Source: Barthelona sp. PCE
Taxonomy: Eukaryota
Length of the DNA: 64,000 nucleotides
Assembly (NCBI GenBank): GCA_040285745.1
Contig: JAUFOR010000005.1
Location: 558,001-622,000 of the forward strand
Reading direction: 5' to 3'
Part shown: positions 9,630 to 19,942 of the stretch, piece after piece
Numbering within the stretch: the stretch's first letter is position 1
Layout of the letters: every line of letters begins with the position of its first letter
Notes under the pieces: model-generated
The model's database searches: none
Seen by the model: the letters and a program-made list of their open reading frames with translations, nothing else
What the model was told of the DNA's origin: nothing
Translations under genes and position numbers: made by a program

Positions 9630-12600
9630 ATGCTTAAGATTGTCTTTTTACTTTTCCTTTTAGTATCAGCTGCATTTACAAGTGTGAATGCAGACAGCTG
9701 TAACTTCCATGGGCACACACTAACGGGTTCACAACTTGGAGATTGTAGGAATCCCACCCTCATTGTTGATAATGCTGAAGTGGTCATCTCTGATATTACG
9801 GATGCTGAACCTGATCTATTGTCATTGACATTGACGAATGTTACTTCTGGCAGTTCCATAACCATTGCCAGGATTGAAAACGATGAATTATTCCTCCAAC
9901 TTATCTTTATGAAGAGCTCAATTTCACAAATTTCAATCATAAACAGCACCATCGAGACCCTGTCTCTAACAAATATTTTCGCATTACGCGCTTTAGATCT
10001 TTACGACACAAGGATTTCGGCATACACATCACCACAAACATCTGTACCTTCGATAAAGGTAAGTTTTCCTTCAAAAACACTTATAGACCAGGTAATGGAG
10101 TTCAATTTCCTGAGTTGTTATAATTTTATCATCAATAATATGTATTTTCTAGATGATTTCATCGAGTTTGAAAACCAGCCTATTATATTAAGCATGGATT
10201 CTTGTCATCTAGAGGGTATCCTCCAGTACCAGGCAACTGTCGCGGGTTCCAATCAGTTCCTGAACATTGAGAACACACTGATCAGTAACACTAATTGGGG
10301 CTTTGCTGGAAATCGTATTATCAGCGTCTATAACACTCGATTAGTAGATGTGTACTTCAACGAATCCGTTGCTTTATCGACAATGAGCAACGTCACGTTG
10401 CAGAGACTGCACTGCTATGACTATTGTTTCAGATATGATCAGGCCGATGTATTGTTGAAAAATGTTCACTTGATGAAATTTGGTTCAACCACAAAGACGC
10501 CAATATTCATGACTGTGGGTCGAAAGATGGAGGCCTTCACTGTTTTCAACAGTACAATCGAGCTCAGTGAGATGGCAATCTTTATTGTGCTGGAGAAAGC
10601 GCTGGGAACTATCAAGCTCATAGATGTTTCCATCCAAATGTCAGACGAGAGCTCCTTATGCCGCACAACGGGGTGGAACCATGTCTGGACAGATATAGAT
10701 GACCATAATGAAGTCATCTTTTTAATGAGCGGTACACGTATAACGACAACAAGTATGACGTCTATTTGGATCGCCCCGAACATCGAGATCATGCTGACGA
10801 TGAACACCCCGCTTGTGATCGAGTCAGGTGATGATGTTACATCCCCAATGCTCATTGCCAACAAATTTGTTCATGAAGGTGAGATCGAAGTAATAGGACC
10901 AAACAGGACGTTCATATGTGACACCGTGGAGGACAGAACCGCGGCAGACATTAATGTGGCTGTACGTGGAAACGCCGTACCATTAATTGACGAGGAGCAT
11001 TTTTCATTCTGGTCAGATGGTGAAATTCCGCACATATCTATCATTCCCATGCTAAATAAGACGCTGGGAGTCTTCGGAGAGGAGTTCTCGAGAGGTTATG
11101 TGCTGAATGAGACGGTTGTTATTCAGATTCGACAACTGAACCATGGCGAGTACTATGGCATGCTTCTGTTATCCCCCAACTGGCCATTCTATCAGATCCT
11201 GAGCATCCAGAGACCGTTCTGCGGCCCGGGAAAGGCATACATAAACAAAAAGTGTGTCATGTGCAGCGCTAACCAAGTCCAACTTCAATTCAATTACACG
11301 GGTGAGTGTGTCTCAGCAAATAGCAGATACGCAGGGCACCAATACAGCATCGTCAGCTCCGTCTATATCCACGAGGACCCAGCAAACCAAACTGTAGAAC
11401 AAGTTTTCTGTCCAAACACGCAGTGTAAGCAGGACACGACAGTCTCTGCTGGAATGTCAGGCATGTGCTATTCGCTTCTGGAGGAGGATGAGCTACAGTA
11501 CTTCAGGTACTACAATACACTGGATAGCATCCCTCAACAGAATGGCTGTAAGACGCTGCGCTGTGGGTACAGGTGTGCAGAGTGCGAACGCTATAGGGTT
11601 GTCGGCGACGTTAAGTATGAGGTCCACGTTGACCCTGTCCGGTTCTTATGTGTACAATGCCCTCCTATGCGGACGTTAGTAACAGCAATTTTGATCCAAG
11701 TGCTTTTCTTCGGCCTCCTCTTTTACGGACTTCGCAACGGACATCGCCTCCCGTGGACACGCATATTCCGCGTGAAGGACAGCGGCATGCTTGACTACGA
11801 TGTCTGGCAAATTCTAATGGTAGGACTCGATTTCGGTATGCTCGTTTGCCCTTCGCTTTTCTCCACGTTTTCTGTTTCCTGGGACTCTCTCGGCGTGGAA
11901 ACGATCATACAGTTTGTATCATCTCCGTACGCGATCCTGACATGCTTTCTGAAAATGGATCACAAACGGAACATGTCGTATATGATCTTCATGTTTAATC
12001 TTGTGGTGTGCATTTTAATCCTCATCCCCTACCTGGCCGGTTTGCTTCGTAGGGCGATGTTCAGGGCAACCCACAATTCTGAAGTTTTTTACAGAAAAGC
12101 GGTTCGAATCACGTGTATCCTAGCATATCTAGTATTCCCTGGTGTCATCCGCGTCGCTATGCCGTACCTTTTTGATTCACTCCTTTTGGTATACAGTTCC
12201 TTTTTTGATGAAAAATCACCAATGAGACCATTCTACGATCCTTTTCGTAGTTCCCCGTCCGGTATCTTTGCGATGGTACTCTTCGCCATGACGATTGTGT
12301 TTGTCATTGTGTTCAGAACGAATGCAAAATCATTGAAAGGTATCAAACATGGATATTGGTTCTTCTTTTTATACATTGCTTTAATTAGAGGTGTTATAGA
12401 GGGGATATCTATATTCCTGAACTATACTGGCTACATCATGATATCGTTGGCGTTCTTCTGTTACCTAATTCTAATTTTGTACAAATTCAAGCCATTTGTC
12501 AAACCGTTCTTGGACAGCCTAGCCATGTATTGGGTGATTCTAATTGCTTATTTGTTCATTGTTATGAATGCCAAACAGGGATTATACCTTGGTTCGACTA

Positions 12601-12749
12601 TTGTTGGTGTAATGCTTGTGTTCCTTGTCGTACAGGGTTGTGTTATTTATGATGAACATCGTAAATATGCTAAAATAGCTGATGAAGAGAAGAAGTCAAC
12701 AGTAGAGAACGAATTATACGCAATCAATAACAACAGCATTGATTTCTAA
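9630..12749 (+). CDS. Large receptor-like membrane protein (signal peptide, beta-rich ectodomain, Cys-rich stalk, multi-TM C-terminus)
   Basis: Hydrophobic N-terminus; CGPG..CVMC..FCPNTQC..GC..CGYRCAEC cluster; about 7-9 hydrophobic segments after residue ~680. Confidence 0.7.
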   Translation: MLKIVFLLFLLVSAAFTSVNADSCNFHGHTLTGSQLGDCRNPTLIVDNAEVVISDITDAEPDLLSLTLTNVTSGSSITIARIENDELFLQLIFMKSSISQISIINSTIETLSLTNIFALRALDLYDTRISAYTSPQTSVPSIKVSFPSKTLIDQVMEFNFLSCYNFIINNMYFLDDFIEFENQPIILSMDSCHLEGILQYQATVAGSNQFLNIENTLISNTNWGFAGNRIISVYNTRLVDVYFNESVALSTMSNVTLQRLHCYDYCFRYDQADVLLKNVHLMKFGSTTKTPIFMTVGRKMEAFTVFNSTIELSEMAIFIVLEKALGTIKLIDVSIQMSDESSLCRTTGWNHVWTDIDDHNEVIFLMSGTRITTTSMTSIWIAPNIEIMLTMNTPLVIESGDDVTSPMLIANKFVHEGEIEVIGPNRTFICDTVEDRTAADINVAVRGNAVPLIDEEHFSFWSDGEIPHISIIPMLNKTLGVFGEEFSRGYVLNETVVIQIRQLNHGEYYGMLLLSPNWPFYQILSIQRPFCGPGKAYINKKCVMCSANQVQLQFNYTGECVSANSRYAGHQYSIVSSVYIHEDPANQTVEQVFCPNTQCKQDTTVSAGMSGMCYSLLEEDELQYFRYYNTLDSIPQQNGCKTLRCGYRCAECERYRVVGDVKYEVHVDPVRFLCVQCPPMRTLVTAILIQVLFFGLLFYGLRNGHRLPWTRIFRVKDSGMLDYDVWQILMVGLDFGMLVCPSLFSTFSVSWDSLGVETIIQFVSSPYAILTCFLKMDHKRNMSYMIFMFNLVVCILILIPYLAGLLRRAMFRATHNSEVFYRKAVRITCILAYLVFPGVIRVAMPYLFDSLLLVYSSFFDEKSPMRPFYDPFRSSPSGIFAMVLFAMTIVFVIVFRTNAKSLKGIKHGYWFFFLYIALIRGVIEGISIFLNYTGYIMISLAFFCYLILILYKFKPFVKPFLDSLAMYWVILIAYLFIVMNAKQGLYLGSTIVGVMLVFLVVQGCVIYDEHRKYAKIADEEKKSTVENELYAINNNSIDF

Positions 12750-13540
12750 CATCAATATTTTTATAAATTTTCAACGTTTGTTTTGTCTTCTTCAATTCGA
12801 CTTTACAGGAGTGGACTCGTTTTTTAGCCTTAAATCAATGCAAACCAAAGCATTATGATGTGGGGAAAATTTTTGTACATTAATTAGGTGCAACAAACTC
12901 AGTAAGCAACAATTCAACAAAAAAAGCAGTAGCTTGTTGAGTTACCTTAAAATAAACGTTTGATGATCAGAAAAACAGCTATGACAGTGATTTCATTGAG
13001 TATCTGCTTCAATTCATGAGAAAAAAGATAAATTATTCTAACTAGGCATTCCTTTACTTTTACTTGCTTTTTTCATGTTAGCCCTAGTCATTACGTAGTT
13101 TCACAGGTGTAAGTGAATTAACAAACAAGTCAAGACAATTTAATGAAAAGTTTTTTATCATTAGCAATAAAAACATTCATTCGCAATACTTTGCAAGGGT
13201 TATGCCGCATTATTCTTTAATATATGCACGTGTACACCCATAAAAACCTGAAAATACATCCTGTAATCTAAGAACATCTGTTCATTAACTGCTAAGAACG
13301 CTAGACACCGCTCAATACACTAAATTCTAGCAGATTATTGAACACATATGGCAAATACGTGTGAGTCCAACCGGTAGATCATTGAACCAATTAAAGTTTC
13401 ATTAACCCAATCATTATTTGCAAAAAAAAACGATCAATACGGGCTAAAAGACACCTAAAAAGCAAGTTATACTCCATATCGAATAAGACTTTGGTACAAA
13501 AATTGTGCTTGCAAGTTTTTCACCCCACTCAATTTTACTA

Positions 13541-15532
13541 ATGGAAAACAAAAAACACAATTCTCCCAAAAGCCCCAACGAACCCCCTCAAAAACTGCAA
13601 AAGGTGGATGATAATGTTCCTTCAAGCAACAGCAACAGGCTTGAAAAGCTACCAAAATGGAAAACACTAAGTCATGAAGGTATTGATTTCGAACCATATG
13701 AACCACATACTATTCCGATATTATATGACGGTTCTGAGATCCAAATGGGTCCATCAATGGAAGAAAGGGCAACTGCATGGGTTAAAACTTCGGAAAATTG
13801 TAGAAATGATCCAATTTTTAGAACGAATTTTTTTGATGACTGGAAAAAATCATTCCCTTCCGATTGTCCAATCAAATCTTTGGAGAAATGTGATTTCTCA
13901 CGCATTGAAAAGCATATTAAGGAGAACCCTTCAAAAAGTCATGCAAGCAAATATGCAATATTCGATGGCGTGAAAAATGAATATAATCCGTGTCTGAAAA
14001 GATCTTATCTTCATACAGGTACATCACAAAAAAAGAAAAATTATGGAAAGTTTGTGAGAGGCATTATGCTTGACGATATCACTATCAACATTGGAGAAGA
14101 AGCCAATCTTCCAAGTCATCCTTCAGGGGGGGTATGGAAAACAACTCAAGATAAAAATTCGACCTACATTGCAAAGTATAATTGCCCGTTAACAAAAAAA
14201 CTCCAATATATTAAATTGAAAGATTCATCCCCCTTGAAACAAAAGAAAACCAAGGAAACTTTCGATAAGGTTCGTCAGTTGAAATATGAAAAATTTCTCA
14301 AAGAAGCTATCAATGCAATGAAAAGCGAAGATAATAGTACCCAGCAGCAAATAGGTGTGTGTGTGTATCTAATCTTAATGTTTAGCTTTCGACCAGGATC
14401 TGAAAAAAACGAAAATGAAACTTATGGCATTACAACTCTCAAACACAGGCACGTTTCCCTTTCAAGGGAACCCCAAGTGCTTACTCCTGGCACTGTAGAT
14501 ATGTTATTTCAAGAATGGAAAAAAGAAATTGAGAAAAAAATTTCAGGAAACAATTATATCACCTTCAATTTTTTGGGTAAGAAAAAAGTATTATACAACC
14601 AAACGCTTAAAATTGACAAAAAGCCATTTGAACTCATCCAATCAATTCTTAACAAAGAAAACTCCTCACCTGAAAAAGATCTCTTTGATATAAAGACTAA
14701 AAAACTGAATGATTGGATTAAAAAAATTCAACCTGGAATTACTGCCAAGTGCATTCGTACTTATAACGCTTCTTTAGAAATTGAAAAATATCTCAAAAAA
14801 AAAAACTTCACAGGTAAAACTTTAAAAAAAAAGAAAGAATACTTTAAAAGAGGTAACTTACGAATTGCAAAAATGCTGAACCACAAGAAAGATGTTGAAA
14901 AAGATACAACAACAAAGATAAATAATAAGATAAATAGTCTAAATGCAAAAAAGCAAAAATTGAAAAATCGTTTAAAACGTAGACAGGACAATGAACCCGA
15001 ATCCGATGATGAATATGAATTCAAGAAGGTTACAGATGCTCAAAAACGTAAGTTAAAAATTGAAGAAGATTTAGAATACCCGAAAATGGAAGAATTTAAA
15101 GAAGAGAATGCTAAAGAATTGAAACAAAATCCTAAGGCTATGGTAAACATATTGGTTATTGATAAGAAGAACGCTTTGCATAAGTGGCAGCCAATTAAAC
15201 ATAAAACGGCAAAGCAGACACAAAAGTCTATTAAAAATTTGAACAAACAAATTGAAAAACAAGAAATTAAGATTTGTGCAAAGAAATTATCCAATTACAC
15301 ATCAAAAAAAAGTTATATTGATCCTCGCATTGTTTTTTCATGGTGCAAACGTAACAATGTTGAAGTTGAAGATGTGTATTCACCTGGACTTATTAAAAAA
15401 TTCTCTTGGGCCAAAGATACTCCTGAAGACTTTGAATTCTTGAATCTTGAAGATGTACGAGGCAACTTATTTGATCCTCATGTTAATATTGAAGATGATC
15501 CTGTAACTAAGGAAGAGGATGATGAAGAATAA
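13541..15532 (+). CDS. TOP1: DNA topoisomerase IB (long eukaryote-type fold, divergent)
   Basis: KWKTLSHEGIDF; catalytic R (RPGSEK), K (FLGK), R (AKCIRTYNAS), H (LNH), Y (SKKSYIDPRI); KKFSWA; first ATG at 13541. Confidence 0.92.
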   Translation: MENKKHNSPKSPNEPPQKLQKVDDNVPSSNSNRLEKLPKWKTLSHEGIDFEPYEPHTIPILYDGSEIQMGPSMEERATAWVKTSENCRNDPIFRTNFFDDWKKSFPSDCPIKSLEKCDFSRIEKHIKENPSKSHASKYAIFDGVKNEYNPCLKRSYLHTGTSQKKKNYGKFVRGIMLDDITINIGEEANLPSHPSGGVWKTTQDKNSTYIAKYNCPLTKKLQYIKLKDSSPLKQKKTKETFDKVRQLKYEKFLKEAINAMKSEDNSTQQQIGVCVYLILMFSFRPGSEKNENETYGITTLKHRHVSLSREPQVLTPGTVDMLFQEWKKEIEKKISGNNYITFNFLGKKKVLYNQTLKIDKKPFELIQSILNKENSSPEKDLFDIKTKKLNDWIKKIQPGITAKCIRTYNASLEIEKYLKKKNFTGKTLKKKKEYFKRGNLRIAKMLNHKKDVEKDTTTKINNKINSLNAKKQKLKNRLKRRQDNEPESDDEYEFKKVTDAQKRKLKIEEDLEYPKMEEFKEENAKELKQNPKAMVNILVIDKKNALHKWQPIKHKTAKQTQKSIKNLNKQIEKQEIKICAKKLSNYTSKKSYIDPRIVFSWCKRNNVEVEDVYSPGLIKKFSWAKDTPEDFEFLNLEDVRGNLFDPHVNIEDDPVTKEEDDEE

Positions 15533-15769
15533 CTCCAACTAATAAACTGTTTTTATATCAATTCCAAGGTACTTAAGGACATAAATAACACAGTGATCCA
15601 TAAACAAATCAGGACCTGTTGTTTTCGAAACATAAAAAAATTTTAATATTGCGCAAGCATCCTCCAATGTAATATCTGGCTTGAAATCTACTAATAGACC
15701 TTTTTCCTTTGTTTAAAACGCCCCTACTGTGAAGTAAAAGCCCAAATGCATGAAGTAAGTCATAAAACT

Positions 15770-15832
15770 GAATTCCGCTTTCTTACCCATTAGAAGTGCT
15801 TTAGTACTTCTAATGGGTAGGCGACGGGATTC
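15770..15832 (+). repeat. Inverted repeat / long hairpin
   Basis: TACCCATTAGAAGT (15784-15797) is the perfect complement of ACTTCTAATGGGTA (15806-15819); outer GAATTCCG/CGGGATTC. Confidence 0.85.
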
Positions 15833-16074
15833 GAGTTGGAGTTGATGTTGAATTTAGCCTAGACGTAAGAGCAAAACGGTACTTCGTAAGAAATATCTGC
15901 GTTCTTGTGATTCATATGTTTACATGTGGTCCGTGCGTGACTGAGGAATTTTATGAGTGCTGATCCAATGATAAGTTTAACCGTAATTCTCACGTATTTA
16001 CACTTTTGTCAAAATAAACACGTATTTCCATTTATTCACCTTACTTGTTTTTTGGGAAAGGATATATTTAGGGC

Positions 16075-16623
16075 ATGCGACACAAACAAAAGGTATATGA
16101 CGTCAAATTTGACCCAGGAGCTCGTAAAGAGTATATTACGGGATTTGGCAAGAGGAAAGCTCAAAGACGTAAGAACTTTCAAGAAAAGACAAACGAGGAG
16201 GTCAAGAAAGAACTGAGAAGCAGAAGATATGAAAGAAAAGTTGGTTTTTATGAGGAGGTCCGTCGTCAAAAAGAAATGATTAAAGAGCAGGAACAAGCAG
16301 AATTAAGTGACAACGAAGAGAACATCACAGAGCAGGCATTTTCTCACCCTGAACGTGCTACAACTGTTGTACAGAAGCGTGTTATAAATCAAGATATGGG
16401 TGTATGGAGCAGTGATGAAGAAGATGAGGTTGAAATTGAAAGCAATGAAGTGGAAAGCGAACCTGAAAGCGAAGAAGAGGAACAGGAAGTGATTCCTGAA
16501 GACGAAAGTGAAAACGAAAGCGAAAACGAATATGATGATTTCCGTTCTCACTCGATTGGTTTTTCTTTTGTTCATTTATTCAACTTCCTGCGCGAGTGCG
16601 ACGGAGTTTTGCACTCTGAGTAA
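16075..16623 (+). CDS. NOL12: Nucleolar protein 12 / Rrp17 (Nop25 family)
   Basis: VKFDPGARKEYITGFGKRKAQRRK signature followed by an acidic tail. Confidence 0.85.
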   Translation: MRHKQKVYDVKFDPGARKEYITGFGKRKAQRRKNFQEKTNEEVKKELRSRRYERKVGFYEEVRRQKEMIKEQEQAELSDNEENITEQAFSHPERATTVVQKRVINQDMGVWSSDEEDEVEIESNEVESEPESEEEEQEVIPEDESENESENEYDDFRSHSIGFSFVHLFNFLRECDGVLHSE

Positions 16624-18516
16624 AGAATAGTAACGACCTAATGTGATTAGCGGAAAAGTCTGGGAATACGCTGGATACTGCATGAACACTATTCCTGGGT
16701 GACCTGTTCCGACTGCACTGTGGTCAGACCACCTCCTACTGTGGCCGATGCGCGTCTCCAGATACGCAATACCGCGCTCTAATGCCATCTTTTGATCGGG
16801 CGTGCACTTCATTGCATGATATGCCTCGATAAGAGCAAGACATGCCCATGCAGTTTGCGTATCAGTGGATAGGCCCTTGCCCTTCCATTTGGGGTCGTTG
16901 TAGCTCATGGTAGATTCACCCCATCCACCATCATCGTTTTGCATAAGTATGATCCAATCCAAAGCCTTGGTTATGGCCTTGCTGTCCACCGGAACTCCGA
17001 TGCGGTGCAAGCCCACGACCGCAGACCACGTTCCGTAGATATAATTAACACCCCATCTCCCCCAATACGCACCGTCGCCATCCTGCCAACTTGAAACGAA
17101 ACGAACTGCCAGAGCTACGCGTTTATCTTTCTGTGTGTAGCCAACGGCAGCGAGCGCCTCAAGAACATGCCCGGTGACATCAACAGTTGCGTCATCGAAC
17201 AGCTCGGCTGAATCAAGGAAGGATCTGGCAAAGTACTTGATCACAGCACTTGGAACCCTATCCTTATTGAACGCGCCCCAGCCTCCGCTCCAGTTCTGCA
17301 TTGTAAACACCCATTCAACCATGCGATCGATGTATGTCCGATACTTAACTCGGTCTACCATCTCCAATAAAAGAATGAGCTCTGCGGTATCGTCAATGTC
17401 AGGGTAGCGCCAAAAGTCTTTGCCATACGCGACACCCCAAACACCATGGAGGGAGTGAGTTTTGAGAAGTGCATGGTCTATCAAGTAGTCGCAAATTTTT
17501 CGCAAAACCTCTCCGTCTCCGTATCCACTCTCGGCAAGCGCCTGGCCCGCAAGGATCGTGTCCCAGAAGTGTCCATCGTCAAGGATACCCTGATAGGCTC
17601 CTGGTGTCCGAGAAAAATAGCAAGTATGCTCAATATAGCGCTGGCTCTTTGCCACAATGCGCTTGAACTCCGGGAAGAACGTGCCATTGACGTATGTTGA
17701 GTAGTGTTGAAGCGCAAATAGGGAATATAGGGTGGAAACAGTGTAAGTTCCAAAAGTACCACACGGTTGCAACTGATTCAAAATTTCCGCTTTTAGCTCA
17801 TGAAGCACGTCGCCAGACACCTCTGCCACGTTGTGCGGCATCTCTGTACGCCTGATCGCCCCGTTTAGATACAGCTCATCGATCACGAAGCGGGGGCCCA
17901 GATCAATCACAGCACGCACGCGTTTCAAGTACGCAATCGGTAGAACATGCGGATATACCCACTGCGCGACCTTCGACTTCAACTGGTAAAGCTTGAAAAC
18001 GTGCTTCTGGATAAAAGGAAAAACTGGTATATTTGGAAATTCGTCCCAATCGTAGTTCCCAAACAAGCAGAGCCACATACGTAGCATGGCAGGGGCAGCC
18101 TCGATCCCTCCTCTTGAAAGAATGTATGCCCGAGCACGTAACATCGGGTGTGTGTTGGGATTCATACCCATCGCTTTCAAAGCCCAGTAACTGTATATGG
18201 ATGCGTCAAGCTCCGAATCTTGCCTGTTTTGGTCAACAACAAAGGTCCACCCACCATCCTCACGCTGGGAATGCATCAGTTCGCGTTTCATACGCTCAAC
18301 ACTGAATTCAGACTTATCCAGCAACCCTAGCCCCGTGAGCTGGATGAAGTACATGCCTATGTACTGTTTTCCAAGATGTGGATAGTAGTTAACGTGGGAA
18401 CCATTAATGAGCTTATCTACAATATTTAACTGTGCCCTTTGAATAACGTTGCCCGATGTAACCGCGAAAATGCAAGCTACTGTAAGTAAAAAGATACTAA
18501 AAAAACGTGAAAACAT
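16576..18516 (-). CDS. Squalene cyclase, squalene-tetrahymanol cyclase (STC)-like, with N-terminal signal/anchor
   Basis: Protonating motif YPDIDDTAE (DxDD), QW repeats (QREDGGW, QNWSGGWGAF, QDGDGAYWGRWGVNYIYGT, QNDDGGWGES), DDGHFWDTIL; likely ATG 18516 (alternative 18558). Confidence 0.85.
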   Translation of the reverse strand: MFSRFFSIFLLTVACIFAVTSGNVIQRAQLNIVDKLINGSHVNYYPHLGKQYIGMYFIQLTGLGLLDKSEFSVERMKRELMHSQREDGGWTFVVDQNRQDSELDASIYSYWALKAMGMNPNTHPMLRARAYILSRGGIEAAPAMLRMWLCLFGNYDWDEFPNIPVFPFIQKHVFKLYQLKSKVAQWVYPHVLPIAYLKRVRAVIDLGPRFVIDELYLNGAIRRTEMPHNVAEVSGDVLHELKAEILNQLQPCGTFGTYTVSTLYSLFALQHYSTYVNGTFFPEFKRIVAKSQRYIEHTCYFSRTPGAYQGILDDGHFWDTILAGQALAESGYGDGEVLRKICDYLIDHALLKTHSLHGVWGVAYGKDFWRYPDIDDTAELILLLEMVDRVKYRTYIDRMVEWVFTMQNWSGGWGAFNKDRVPSAVIKYFARSFLDSAELFDDATVDVTGHVLEALAAVGYTQKDKRVALAVRFVSSWQDGDGAYWGRWGVNYIYGTWSAVVGLHRIGVPVDSKAITKALDWIILMQNDDGGWGESTMSYNDPKWKGKGLSTDTQTAWACLALIEAYHAMKCTPDQKMALERGIAYLETRIGHSRRWSDHSAVGTGHPGIVFMQYPAYSQTFPLITLGRYYSLLRVQNSVALAQEVE

Positions 18517-18557
18517 AACAAAAAACAAAATTAGGATAAATTTACAATCAAAGAGCA

Positions 18558-19391
18558 TTAAAATACAATCTTAGCCTTGCCCAGTGCCTGGTCGATGAGA
18601 CTGTTAACGCAAAGCTGTGTTGCCCTACGCTTTTCAATGTTATCCACAGTGGACTGAATGATACTGGGTAAGAAGTCAGTTTCTACTGTTCTACGCACAC
18701 TGTCATAGAAGAAACCTTCCTCAGCAAGCTGCTCGAAGACAGATGTTCGTAAAGAATTCCAAATAGAACGAGAAAATGATACAGAAGCAACCTTTTCTGC
18801 GAGTTCCTTCTCTGCCATGACTCTCTCAAGTTCTTGCTTCTTTCTACGCTCGCTCTCGTCCCTGCGCCTCTGCTCCTCCTCTTCGAGCCTCTGAGTCTTT
18901 GCTAATTCGGCGTTTCTTAACTGTTCGAAATAATCCCTCTTGAGCTTTAATTGAACAAGCTCGTCCTCTTCAAGACAGTCCATGAGACTGCTTTCGAGGA
19001 TTTTGCCACACAGAACCTCAAGAATGGGCTCGACTTCAATATCGAAATCAAAAATCATATCAATGTCAACCTGTGTTGATGTGCTCTTACCTCTGGGAGC
19101 GCTAACATAAGTAATCTCCGGCGGGGTGTCCATGAAAACGTCGGTCTGACAGGAAGCTTCATGTTCAATAACCTTATCGGATAATTCCTCAAGGTACTGC
19201 TCTGTTTGGATACTAATGTGTGTTCTATTGTCAGCCGGGGGAGGCGTGTGTGACTGCTGACTTGAAGAATGTCTGAATGTTAAAGATCTCGAGTTCCTTT
19301 AAAAAAAAACAACATACCTGCTTTCTCTGTATTTTCCCTGGGCTCCGGCTCTAACTGCCTTTGGTTGGGCCTGAAACTGATAACTTTGCAT
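18558..19391 (-). CDS. RSPH3: Radial spoke protein 3, 2 exons (19391-19318, 19272-18558)
   Basis: HISIQTEQYLEELSD, CQTDVFMDTPP, FDFDIEVEPILEVLCGK, RNAELAKTQRLEE, GFFYD. Confidence 0.92.
19273..19317 (-). other. Spliceosomal intron, 45 nt (RSP3)
   Basis: GTATGT...TTTAACATTCAG; restores the MQSYQFQAQPKAV...KYRES N-terminus in frame. Confidence 0.85.
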
Positions 19392-19942
19392 GTTCAGATG
19401 CGTGAAATGGTGAGAAAAATAGGAAGACAACGTTTGAGTACTTTACGCCAATCCCCAGTCTGTAAACGTTCACTAAATATTAAATTTACATATTTACATG
19501 GCATTAAAATAGTGCACGTATTTAACATGATGCAAAACAGCTTCGGTTTTTTGGGCATCATTTTTTTCCGTACGTATCACGCTTAAGGGGCATTTAGAAT
19601 ATATTTACATCCGTGAGGCCATAATTTTCCCCTGTATCTTTACTTTTAAAAAATGTACAAAACAACACTTTTTCTCATCGGTGTAACATCGTGCATGGGT
19701 ATTATCCACCAAAAAAAGCAGTTATTTCAACAGCAAACACAAATAGATCTGTGAAACAAAGAACATCAGGCTAACATTAAAACAATGATACAGCCTCTCC
19801 AAAACGGACAAAACACCGACTTCAACCCAGACAAAACCAACATAGCGAAAGAAAACCACGATAACATAAAACAAATTCAAATTTCAAGATTCCAAATTTC
19901 TAACCTCTTTCGCATTGACTTTTTTAGGTTGAAACTGTAATA

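Noticed and set aside
12896-12943. 12-bp imperfect inverted repeat upstream of TOP1 as a transposon end
   Set aside because: No matching copy downstream of TOP1, no target-site duplication and no transposase
19895-19927. Orphan acceptor-like TTGAC-T6-AG before alpha-actinin (possible trans-splice site)
   Set aside because: Branch-to-AG spacing is 6 rather than 4 and the ORF is complete without it
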